The position numbers and the translations under genes are program-made. Of a stretch of 64,000 nt of DNA, positions 18,362 to 27,753 are shown in pieces. This stretch comes from a virus (lineage: Duplodnaviria; Caudoviricetes): IMG/VR virus record IMGVR_UViG_3300033463_004542, positions 34,092 through 98,091 of that record; one strand, 5' to 3'. Under the pieces are notes generated by a model, which was not told where the DNA came from, did not search any database, and saw only the letters and a program-made list of their open reading frames with translations. The stretch's first letter is position 1. The number at the start of each line of letters is the position of its first letter.

Positions 18362-20950
18362 TCAGATATAACTTCCATAATTAGTAATGAATGCAACATC
18401 CTCTAAGTACCAACCTTCCCATGCTTCTTTCATCCAAGAAGGAGTATGTGGGTAATCTACATCGTCCCCAGTTAAACTGCTCCCACCTTTCACACAAACG
18501 CCATTTTCAGTTTTAATTCTTTCCCACTCAACAATAGATATTCCTGATTTTCCGTAATCGTGACCCCATTCGTTCTTTGCATCTACACCTTTAGCGTCTG
18601 CTATTATTGCAGGAAAACTAACTTCGTTCTTAAGAGATATAACGACTACGCTGCCTACAGGGCCAAATTTTTCAGTCATCAATGCTACACAGTAGTATCC
18701 ACCAATCTTAGCAATCCCTTTGTCACAAGGACGACCTTGTTGAATCCATATATCATATAATTGTCTCTGAGGAGTTCCGCTTTTCCAGTTCCTCCAATAT
18801 GCTGTATAATAATCTGTTATGCCTGTTTGTTTAAGTTCAGGTGGAATGGTTACACTGTACTGAGCAGTAAGTAATTGTCCATTTATATTTGTTAAATCTC
18901 TAAGCTCTCCAATTATCTGTTTATTCGGAGGAATTATTACTAAACGTTCATAAATATCTTGAGCTTTGTGCTTTACATTTTCTACGTCTTCATTAGAACT
19001 AAAATAAGGATTATATGTTAATAAGAAAATCTCTGCACACTTCTGTGCAGTTTCAACATCAAGGGGCTGATACTTAAAAGCAGCAGCATATCCTGAAAAT
19101 CTTTCAGTAATATTTGTTATTAAGAAATCTAATTGTCCTGATAGATTTGTTGACCAATCACTTACAGCGGACTTAAGTGCATCAAAATCTTGGTCATACC
19201 AATCACCAATTCCATGTAAAGTTACACTCTGAATAGTTTTGGCATGCTGTGTATTCAGTCCTGAATATTTCTCTAGGCATGCTACAATTCCAGTTGCACT
19301 TGAAGCACTATATCCAGCCTCTAATAATTTATCTATAGCGATTTTCTGTAACTGAGGTAATGCAGAAGTATCAACTTTTGTAGAATTTAATTGAGAAACT
19401 GTAGGAGCAAAACTATCGTATATATCGCCAAGGGCCGATGTATAGTTAATAACTGAAATTGCTATATTTGAACTGTTGTTAGATAAATTATATCCTGTGT
19501 CTAAATATCCGACTTGACGCAGAGTCATATCATGTCTATCGGTTCTAGTAGTATAAAGAGGTTCCAATTTCTGCTCATCTAATTCCTCTTGGCGAACGAA
19601 TCTAGAAGTGGTTCCAGTTGACCTTGTAAATCTACCGCTTTCATCAGACTTAGGCAGATTTGGCAACCAGCTACGAGGACTATCAAAATGTGATGCATTT
19701 GAAAATACTTCTTTAGATGTTTCTTCCGTGTACCTAGATTCAATTTCGTTATCTTCAGGATTAATGTCAAATAATGAAGGGTCAAGCAATTCATCATCAA
19801 TATTATTCACATCTTCGGGCTCAATGCACCATAAATAAAATACATTTTCAAAATTTTCCCAAGTTATCTGTTGGAGTTGTGAACGAGTTACATATAATCC
19901 ACATCTATCAACTAATCCCCAACTATATATGAATTTATAATAGATTGAAACTATTTTATTATTCATATCAACAGAATTATTGAGATTAAGCGATAGCCAT
20001 AATCCTAATTTAGGTGAGAATTGAGAAATGACATAATAAAGAGCCTTACATTCTGCATCGGCTTCTATCTCATTTCTTGCTCGGACATTAACATACAAAG
20101 CATAAGGAAGTCCTGCTGAATTACACTGCTCTACTTGATATGCTAATTTAGGATTCAAATATGTATGTTTAACATGGCTCACATCAAACAATTCTCCTGC
20201 ATAAAACATCATAGCAGATATTCTTGCATTTCTTATTCTGTCGTAATCTAATTTAGGGTCATATTGACCTAATACAGTTGCAACAAAAGGCTTCATGTTC
20301 TCTGTAGATATTTCTACAGGCTGAAGTTCACCGGCTTCCTGCTGCTCATCTGTTCGCATGGAATTTGTTCTTGCATCAAATATTGAGGTCTCATTTGTGT
20401 CTTGTTCACACATATCTAATTGACCCCAACAGTCCCATCTAGATGAACCGTCTTTCCTAAATAGCGGGCCCATTACTACTCCGTAATCTTTGCCCTTTGC
20501 ATCAATTACATAATCTTCGTGTGGGTTGCCATTAAGGTCAATAAATCTTCCAATGTATACACCTACATGTTCCTTTGTATGGCTTCCTGCTGACTTTGAC
20601 CTAAATACTAACATACCTGGAATTCTAGGGAATTCATGTATGTTATCTCCTTTGTGTGTGCAAAAATCCCAATATTGTTTAGTTGCACCATGATATAGAT
20701 TTGTACTTCGGACTTTAGGGCCATTTACATCATCACAACACACTGCGCCTATAAACAGGCCCGAACAATCATGTGTCTTTGCAGGAACATTATAATTAGG
20801 ATTAGGATAAGTAGTAGAAGTAACTTCCCAATTATTCTGATATAATTTTCTTTTAGAAGATACCTCAAAATCTCCGCTAGCCCCTAATCTATAAGGTCTG
20901 CCTAACTGGGCTATCGCATATATACATAACCAACTATTTGTATTAGGCAT
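18362..20950 (-). CDS. Virion-associated multi-domain peptidoglycan hydrolase (NlpC/P60, degenerate GH25, degenerate phage tail lysozyme, C-terminal 3D-like domain)
   Basis: HDCSGL and HVGVYIG motifs; GH25-like and lysozyme2-like segments; GAGGTG RBS before 20950. Confidence 0.7.
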   Translation of the reverse strand: MPNTNSWLCIYAIAQLGRPYRLGASGDFEVSSKRKLYQNNWEVTSTTYPNPNYNVPAKTHDCSGLFIGAVCCDDVNGPKVRSTNLYHGATKQYWDFCTHKGDNIHEFPRIPGMLVFRSKSAGSHTKEHVGVYIGRFIDLNGNPHEDYVIDAKGKDYGVVMGPLFRKDGSSRWDCWGQLDMCEQDTNETSIFDARTNSMRTDEQQEAGELQPVEISTENMKPFVATVLGQYDPKLDYDRIRNARISAMMFYAGELFDVSHVKHTYLNPKLAYQVEQCNSAGLPYALYVNVRARNEIEADAECKALYYVISQFSPKLGLWLSLNLNNSVDMNNKIVSIYYKFIYSWGLVDRCGLYVTRSQLQQITWENFENVFYLWCIEPEDVNNIDDELLDPSLFDINPEDNEIESRYTEETSKEVFSNASHFDSPRSWLPNLPKSDESGRFTRSTGTTSRFVRQEELDEQKLEPLYTTRTDRHDMTLRQVGYLDTGYNLSNNSSNIAISVINYTSALGDIYDSFAPTVSQLNSTKVDTSALPQLQKIAIDKLLEAGYSASSATGIVACLEKYSGLNTQHAKTIQSVTLHGIGDWYDQDFDALKSAVSDWSTNLSGQLDFLITNITERFSGYAAAFKYQPLDVETAQKCAEIFLLTYNPYFSSNEDVENVKHKAQDIYERLVIIPPNKQIIGELRDLTNINGQLLTAQYSVTIPPELKQTGITDYYTAYWRNWKSGTPQRQLYDIWIQQGRPCDKGIAKIGGYYCVALMTEKFGPVGSVVVISLKNEVSFPAIIADAKGVDAKNEWGHDYGKSGISIVEWERIKTENGVCVKGGSSLTGDDVDYPHTPSWMKEAWEGWYLEDVAFITNYGSYI

Positions 20951-21374
20951 GAGGCACCTCAAACATATTCACTTTACCAAATATTATAGGAGTAGGGTCT
21001 TGCTTATACAATTGCTGAGATAAGATTCTAACAGGAAATGAAGAAGATTCTGCATTGCAGTATTCTAATCTAACTAAGCCTTTTGTTGTATCTCCAATGT
21101 AGTTAGATAATGTTATATTGCTACCCACAGAAACATTCACTTTACTGAGGTTACAATATCTGAGCCAGAATTGTGAATTTACTTCTTGAGTAACTGACCA
21201 TGTGTCAGTTTCAGGGTCGACTTCCGTTGCTAATATAACTCCGCTATAAATACTGTATACTTTATCACACTTGATGTAGCAGCCAGCATTTACTTGCTTT
21301 GTTCCGCAGAAGCCCCTATCTATAACAGAAGAATCTACCTGCTTGCCAGTTAGAATTGATAATACTTGATTCAA
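20943..21374 (-). CDS. Degenerate M23 peptidase-like baseplate protein
   Basis: VYS..SG.I...RYCNL..V.V..G...IG...DP pattern without the Zn ligands. Confidence 0.5.
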   Translation of the reverse strand: MNQVLSILTGKQVDSSVIDRGFCGTKQVNAGCYIKCDKVYSIYSGVILATEVDPETDTWSVTQEVNSQFWLRYCNLSKVNVSVGSNITLSNYIGDTTKGLVRLEYCNAESSSFPVRILSQQLYKQDPTPIIFGKVNMFEVPHA

Positions 21375-21386
21375 TTATAACCTCCC

Positions 21387-22832
21387 TTAAGCAGATACAT
21401 CTTCAAACGTCGGATACATAGTTCCAAAATCTACTTTATATGCAGATATTATATTATTTGATTTGCTGTATGACCTACTGCTTGAACCATTTGCTATAGT
21501 AATTCCTTGGGAAGATGCAACTTCGTTAGCAGAACTCATAACCAATCTCTGTACCTTGAGTGTGGTCGTAAATTGATTACTAATACTATGGTCAACAGAA
21601 ACTACATTATAAATTCCAGTTACAGGTGAAATTGTATTTCCGGATACTACTAATAACGATACAGGTTGTGCTACTGTGTACTGATTAACATTACCAGGAA
21701 TAGTTATCTTGAAATCTCCTGAGAACTGAGATGCTAAAGCATTTACATCATTGATAATATTGACTGTCTGATAAACATCTCCAAGAGTTGCCGACCAGCT
21801 ATTTACTACTTTAGTATCTTGAACAATAGTGTTACCACTTCCGTCAACTGAAAATCCGATTTGAGCAAATTTCATATCTGTCATGTTGTATGCAACACCA
21901 TTATACGAACCACTTAATGAAAGAATATTTGTATTAGCCGTACCATACTCAAGAGTATCTCCATTATGCATAGAAATCAGTCCTGCATTACTCTTGTAGT
22001 GGATGGTTCCCTTTCTTGTCATTGTAGGTTCCTCAACCCAGTGAGAGAAAGAAGAACATTGAGGAGTTTCGTCTACTATACTCTTCTTCAAGTAACCGCC
22101 TAATGTAGATATATCTTGAAGATTATTCATCAAGCAACTTAATTTACGCACACCTGATTTAAGTCCAGCAGCATCTCTTGTTCCACTATAGGATTTTGAT
22201 AATCTTAAGCAACCAGGCCAACTCTCATAATCGTCTTCAGTAGAATAGTGTCCCCTAATATAACCATTCACACTTGTTGTCATTGCACCATGATTTACAT
22301 AAGTAGGAGCATCATTGTGGTCAATGTCAAGGTCGTAGTATCTATCCATCTTTAAACTTCTGTAAGTTGCTTCAACTAATGCAGAAGGTTGAACCATTCC
22401 GTGAACAGCCGGAAAATGATAAACAGGCATTGCTGCCTTCACTCCAATAGAAGCATATCCTGTAACTGTATATCTCATGAATCTTCCATCTGTGGAACAT
22501 TGGAACTTCAAAGTAAATCCTTGATATGCTACACTCGCTCCGATAGAGCCATCATTATTAAGCCAGCCAAACATGAAAGATACGGGTATTCCGCTTGAAT
22601 TTGCATATTTGCTTGCATCTTGTGCAGCAGAATAAAGTAATGCTTCAAATGCGGCTACATTTGACTTCTTAGTGTCATCTCCACCAACAACTACATTTAA
22701 TGTCCAAGATGTGAATGATGTTATTTGTGAATTTGATAATTCAAGAGAACAGAAAGGAGAAGGAATTTTCAGTCCAAATTCCGTCAACGATACTCCTGCG
22801 AATACGAAGTTGCAGAAACAATTGTTGAGCAT
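21387..22832 (-). CDS. Baseplate hub protein (gp27/gpD-like)
   Basis: FGW motif near the N-terminus; TGIYNV.SV.HSI...FTTTL.V.R C-terminal motif. Confidence 0.7.
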   Translation of the reverse strand: MLNNCFCNFVFAGVSLTEFGLKIPSPFCSLELSNSQITSFTSWTLNVVVGGDDTKKSNVAAFEALLYSAAQDASKYANSSGIPVSFMFGWLNNDGSIGASVAYQGFTLKFQCSTDGRFMRYTVTGYASIGVKAAMPVYHFPAVHGMVQPSALVEATYRSLKMDRYYDLDIDHNDAPTYVNHGAMTTSVNGYIRGHYSTEDDYESWPGCLRLSKSYSGTRDAAGLKSGVRKLSCLMNNLQDISTLGGYLKKSIVDETPQCSSFSHWVEEPTMTRKGTIHYKSNAGLISMHNGDTLEYGTANTNILSLSGSYNGVAYNMTDMKFAQIGFSVDGSGNTIVQDTKVVNSWSATLGDVYQTVNIINDVNALASQFSGDFKITIPGNVNQYTVAQPVSLLVVSGNTISPVTGIYNVVSVDHSISNQFTTTLKVQRLVMSSANEVASSQGITIANGSSSRSYSKSNNIISAYKVDFGTMYPTFEDVSA

Positions 22833-22833
22833 A

Positions 22834-23262
22834 TTATTCCTCTCCTAAGTTTAATGATAAGGCTGTAATAGATGCAAGTAATTCACCTTCAGAGAATAAT
22901 GAAGTAATTGTCTTAGGTATTATAAGCGTCTGACCTTCTCTTACAGTATAGCCATCTTCAATCTTGTTGAAATAAGCAATGACCCAACTATATGTAGGAG
23001 AACCTAGGTAAGTATTTGCTATCAAATCAAGCCTGTTTTCTTCACCTGTTTCTACTACATGATAGATTACATCTAAGTTGTTTGTAGTCAGTGGATTAAC
23101 AGTTTCAAGAGTTATATATCTATCAGAAGTGTCTGTATGATGAGTAACTTGCCTGAGATTTCTATATCTTGAAATATGGTTATAGTCGATACATACACCA
23201 TACTCAATTCCGTAATAGTTTACTTCATCATAGGGAATTGTTAAATCATTAGTTGGTATCAT
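22834..23262 (-). CDS. LysM-domain baseplate protein (gp53/gpX-like)
   Basis: RLDLIA..YLG....WVIA..N.I.D...G..L.IP. Confidence 0.8.
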   Translation of the reverse strand: MIPTNDLTIPYDEVNYYGIEYGVCIDYNHISRYRNLRQVTHHTDTSDRYITLETVNPLTTNNLDVIYHVVETGEENRLDLIANTYLGSPTYSWVIAYFNKIEDGYTVREGQTLIIPKTITSLFSEGELLASITALSLNLGEE

Positions 23263-24251
23263 GCTTCTAACCCCTTATTCATTACTGTATTGTAGTTAAG
23301 AGCTTCAGGCGAAACTTCTGTTATTTCAAGTGAAAGTGTGAGTTCTAACCAATGTCCATCAAGGCCAATAGGTCCGCCCCAATCAGCCTTACAAGATGTC
23401 ATAACTCCTGTTATTAAATTATTTCCGTTAAGATATAATGTAACTGTAGGAGTTATTACTGCCGAGCCTTGATACTCAGGGAAGCAATTTGCTTCACAGA
23501 ATCTTACTAACTTGTTTGCAAGACCATCTCTGTGGTCTCCGGACCACATATCTCTATGCATCTTGAATGTAAATGAATTTGTCCTGGGGCCAGAATCTTT
23601 GTATACAAACCACGGCTCATATTGATAAAGCATACTAGGCATCTGGTCATAATTTGCTTGGTAACCATCAGAATATTCCTCAGGATAGACCGGAAAATCC
23701 ATGGACTCATTCTTTATAGAAGAATATAAACTAATTTTGCCCCAAGGTAAGTTAAACCACTCAAACGGATTACTTACTTTATAAGTATCAGACATACCAT
23801 AAGCGGCTGTGTTCATTACACTGTAGTCTGAGAATATAACAGGGTCTACAAATCCTCTAGTTTTGAGTGACTCATCACATCGTCTATAAACTTCGGTGCT
23901 AACAGGCTCTCCGTTTCCTAATATATCTGTTGACAACGGAACATCAACTTCAGGAGGTATTATGATATGACCTTCAAATGTTCCATATCTCTGAAGAGAG
24001 CACCAATCTGCCTCAGTACCTAAAGCAGCCCTTTCATATACATCTGAATCTGAAACGGTTGAATTGAGTATATGTCTTTTAGTTTGAGCGTCTGTTGTAC
24101 CTGACGTATCTCTATCTTGTAACTGCCTTCCGATATTTACAGCTCTTTTAAGTCCATTAACATTAAGGACATAATCAACATATCTTTCACCTACTATATC
24201 TGAAAGGTCAGATAAAGTAGTATTAGGAGTTACAGGTAAATATTTACTCAT
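23259..24251 (-). CDS. Tail tube initiator / baseplate-tube junction protein
   Basis: FPVYPE..SD...Y...GPR...P.Y...P motifs of tube-initiator proteins; context. Confidence 0.6.
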   Translation of the reverse strand: MSKYLPVTPNTTLSDLSDIVGERYVDYVLNVNGLKRAVNIGRQLQDRDTSGTTDAQTKRHILNSTVSDSDVYERAALGTEADWCSLQRYGTFEGHIIIPPEVDVPLSTDILGNGEPVSTEVYRRCDESLKTRGFVDPVIFSDYSVMNTAAYGMSDTYKVSNPFEWFNLPWGKISLYSSIKNESMDFPVYPEEYSDGYQANYDQMPSMLYQYEPWFVYKDSGPRTNSFTFKMHRDMWSGDHRDGLANKLVRFCEANCFPEYQGSAVITPTVTLYLNGNNLITGVMTSCKADWGGPIGLDGHWLELTLSLEITEVSPEALNYNTVMNKGLEA

Positions 24252-24255
24252 TTAA

Positions 24256-24807
24256 CTATTCCTCCAATCTTAATTGCTTAATTACATGAGGCTCACCAAA
24301 CACTGTAGGAGGTCTCAATCCTGTTGTAAGTGTAGATACATATTTGAGACTTGTTGCGTAACAAAGAGCGCATGTTTGATTAGTAAAGGTATTGTCTATA
24401 TTATTCGCACCTAAGAGCATTAATGTATCGTATATGTCCAAATAGTCTGAATTATTATATACAACCTCACCTAACATATAGGTATAAATCCAATCAGGAA
24501 GTTCCAATATCTGACCATTAACATAGTAAGTTACTAGAGATACAATATATGATTTAAGTTTCTGATATTCTTCGCTAAGACTTACTTCACTTATTACATT
24601 GCCATCTTTGTCTAGTTTCTTGTATATCAAATCTTCTTCTGCAAAAGGATTAGGATAATTATCTTCAAAGAAATGTTCTGATGAATCATTTTCTAAGTTG
24701 ATAAAGGCAGTAAACATCTCCTTATCTGAAATCAAATGATAAGGATATCCAGGCAGATAACCCAGATTTGAATACTTTATCTTGATAATGTCGTGAATAA
24801 GTGACAT
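24256..24807 (-). CDS. Hypothetical protein
   Basis: ORF; GGAGGG RBS before MSLIHD at 24807. Confidence 0.65.
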   Translation of the reverse strand: MSLIHDIIKIKYSNLGYLPGYPYHLISDKEMFTAFINLENDSSEHFFEDNYPNPFAEEDLIYKKLDKDGNVISEVSLSEEYQKLKSYIVSLVTYYVNGQILELPDWIYTYMLGEVVYNNSDYLDIYDTLMLLGANNIDNTFTNQTCALCYATSLKYVSTLTTGLRPPTVFGEPHVIKQLRLEE

Positions 24808-27713
24808 TAGATTGTTGACCCTCCATTGAAGATATGATACGAACCAGGTTCCCAACCATCAATACTGTCTACGCCCATTGTCATATTTTCAGAATTTACT
24901 ATGTCTGTTATTGAATCAAATGCTATTGTTCCTGACGAAGTTACATCTGTTGTGACATCATATGTTCCTGTATATACTGTAAAGTTAGTAGCAATAACGA
25001 CCCACTGTGCATTCTGCACTATATAAGCGGTTGTAAACGAACCTGTTACTTTAAGAGGCTTTGATAAGCACCTATTAGGATAAATCAATTCAGAACCTTG
25101 AGGCAAGTTGAATGTTCCTCCGATTATTGACCTACCTGTCGTTACATTAGTTGCTGTAGAACCATTTGAAACATAAATGCTACACTCAATTATGTCACCG
25201 TTTCCTCCAAGAGTTATGCTCCTGAGTGCTGCAGAATAATGGTTATCATTCGGATTATCTTCATCCCAGAATGCAATATCTTCTACTGTCATTGGTGCAT
25301 TAGGCTGTGAAACTTCCATTCCATTTACAAGGAGGTCCGGGTCTGTTTCGTTGAACCTATCGTACCATAATGTAATATCTTGTAATCCAGTGAATGATGT
25401 AGCCCTATAATGGTTAACATCACAAACCCTAATATAGTTGAAAATATTTGCATCATAATATATACAACTTCTAACTATATTTATTACAGGTGTGCCGGAT
25501 ATGTTACTATCAATCTTAATCTTCTCACAATCAATAATATTGATTATTGTTTTAGCATTTGCATTACCCAAGATATGTAATGTAACGGCTGTTCCGAATC
25601 TTGAATCAATATTGTAAATATTCACACTCGCCGGGTCATCGTCATCACCTAACTGAGGAAGTGTTATATAGACATTTATTACAGGAGTTGTACCACCAAG
25701 GTATGGAGTGAACGGGAACGCTACTCTGTTGTTTACATATTCATCAAGGTTAGATTGGATAGTAGGATAAGTAATATTACTTGCTAATGTAACATCTTCT
25801 CCTAATTGATATGCTAATGTACCAGAACGAAGTAAAGAATAGTCAATCAATTTAAGTCGACCGGTCTCATCAAGAGTTACATATCCTGCGTCTGTATATG
25901 TAGAATCTGTATTGTAGAATCCACCTATCTGTGTTGTTGCTGCAAGAGGAATTCCACCTGTTACTAATATATAATCTGACCAAGTTCTAGGGCCTGTTCC
26001 AATTACTTTGTAGTACAGCGGAGTTATTTCAGTGTCTGAATCATTATGCCAAGATACCTCGAAGTAATCGGCATTTAATGTTCCTCTATATGTTGCAAAG
26101 TTGAATAATGTTGTTGCATCTTCATTGAAAATCTTATCCCAATACTCAGGATTCCAATCGCCTGTAGTAGCTGTGTTACACTTGTACAGACCTCCGTTGT
26201 AGGCTGCATAATCATTCACTCTATAATTTGTGCTTGTTTCGTAGAAATCTGCAAGATGCTTAAGGTCATTTACAGTAACACCTGGATTATCTCCAGCCCA
26301 AACTGATACGGAAGTTTCACCTAATCTTACACCTGTAGGAAGTGATTGTGAATATCCAACATTTGATACTGTTCCAGGCAAGACCTTATACATTGTTGAA
26401 GGAGACGCTCCGTCATCTTCTGTAGTATTTGCAGTATAATCTTCTCTAACGAAGATATAATCTCCATTACTGTAATTTGCAGGAATTGTAGGCATTACAT
26501 AATCTGAATCTTTTGTATCTAACCAAAGGACCATGTTGCCTGCAGGCGACTGTTTAAGTCCACCTAACTTCTCTGCAAGATTTTTTATTACTTGTGTATA
26601 TTCGTTATCAACAGTTCCGGCACTTCCCGAAAGATAATTTGCTTTAGGTAATTTAATATCTCTTAATCCGAAGTAAACATTATCACCAGCAGTATTCTTC
26701 ATAGAATCAATCTGCTGATGGGGAATTGCTAAGTGGACAAATCCGTCATTTGTTGTTAAGAATGTTGCTTGAGGAACTGCTTCATTAGGATTGATAGTGC
26801 TTATAGTATTCTGAGGGTCTGCATCCCATACCATGAGGCTTCCTGTTGAATCACACCAAGTAGATTTATCGCTACTTCCTCCCTGACCGGAGAATGTATA
26901 TAACATGTGAGGATTAAGATTTTTCTTTGATACGAAGTTATCATCAAGTACCTTAGAAATATCGTCAATCCTAGATGAATTGATATATGATACTTTATTC
27001 TTATTTTGAACGATTGCCGCAGGATTGATTGTTCCATTGATGTAGATAAAATCTGCTAACTTGAGGTCTGCAGTTACTTGTGACCTATCTGTAGGACAAT
27101 CAGAAGGTGTTCTAAAATCTTCTTTCTTTTCAACAACTAACTGAATTCCAATATATACATTATCCTCATTTTCAATCAACATTGAACCGGACATAGTGGC
27201 TTCTGTGCTATAATAAGCCCTAATACCTACTACTAACTCACCAATGAGCGGCGGTTTATAATCTTTTGCTAATTGTGCATTTGCAAGAGCTAAATCGATA
27301 ATCATTGGAGCAAGAGTCTGAACATAATGTCCATTGATTACTGCTCTACCAGGAGCTATCTGGAGGATACAAGATGCTGCATTAACAATAGTCCATTTAG
27401 ATGAATCAAAAGGCTCGGGAGTTACTATCGGCTGTGTACAAACATATGTAACAGAATTGTATGTTACATAATCACCAATTGTATAAGTCTGTGTAGAATC
27501 GTATTCCGGTGCCTCCATTGAGGAAAGTAAACTAACAGCAAAATCGTTCATTCCATGTGTATAGGAAGGCCCCACTTCGTATTCTATCTGTGGGTCTGTT
27601 CCTACCATCTCTCTTGAACGAAGATTATATTCTGTAACTAATTGACCGCCTTTTGTTGAATTACTGAGCGGGAATATATTGGTTGTTGCTACATTAAATG
27701 TTTGGAAATGCAT
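24807..27713 (-). CDS. Large tail/baseplate structural protein with two CBM5/12-like insertions
   Basis: 968 aa; I.PGRA.INGH motif; YDSTQTYTIGDYVTY.. and YETSTNYRVNDYAAY.. modules. Confidence 0.6.
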   Translation of the reverse strand: MHFQTFNVATTNIFPLSNSTKGGQLVTEYNLRSREMVGTDPQIEYEVGPSYTHGMNDFAVSLLSSMEAPEYDSTQTYTIGDYVTYNSVTYVCTQPIVTPEPFDSSKWTIVNAASCILQIAPGRAVINGHYVQTLAPMIIDLALANAQLAKDYKPPLIGELVVGIRAYYSTEATMSGSMLIENEDNVYIGIQLVVEKKEDFRTPSDCPTDRSQVTADLKLADFIYINGTINPAAIVQNKNKVSYINSSRIDDISKVLDDNFVSKKNLNPHMLYTFSGQGGSSDKSTWCDSTGSLMVWDADPQNTISTINPNEAVPQATFLTTNDGFVHLAIPHQQIDSMKNTAGDNVYFGLRDIKLPKANYLSGSAGTVDNEYTQVIKNLAEKLGGLKQSPAGNMVLWLDTKDSDYVMPTIPANYSNGDYIFVREDYTANTTEDDGASPSTMYKVLPGTVSNVGYSQSLPTGVRLGETSVSVWAGDNPGVTVNDLKHLADFYETSTNYRVNDYAAYNGGLYKCNTATTGDWNPEYWDKIFNEDATTLFNFATYRGTLNADYFEVSWHNDSDTEITPLYYKVIGTGPRTWSDYILVTGGIPLAATTQIGGFYNTDSTYTDAGYVTLDETGRLKLIDYSLLRSGTLAYQLGEDVTLASNITYPTIQSNLDEYVNNRVAFPFTPYLGGTTPVINVYITLPQLGDDDDPASVNIYNIDSRFGTAVTLHILGNANAKTIINIIDCEKIKIDSNISGTPVINIVRSCIYYDANIFNYIRVCDVNHYRATSFTGLQDITLWYDRFNETDPDLLVNGMEVSQPNAPMTVEDIAFWDEDNPNDNHYSAALRSITLGGNGDIIECSIYVSNGSTATNVTTGRSIIGGTFNLPQGSELIYPNRCLSKPLKVTGSFTTAYIVQNAQWVVIATNFTVYTGTYDVTTDVTSSGTIAFDSITDIVNSENMTMGVDSIDGWEPGSYHIFNGGSTI

Positions 27714-27747
27714 TTATCTTCCTCCATATGTAATTATATCTCTATAA

Positions 27748-27753
27748 AAGGTC
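27748..27753 (-). promoter_or_regulatory. Putative late promoter variant GACCTTTTAT
   Basis: Variant of the recurrent motif, about 35 nt upstream of 27713. Confidence 0.5.
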
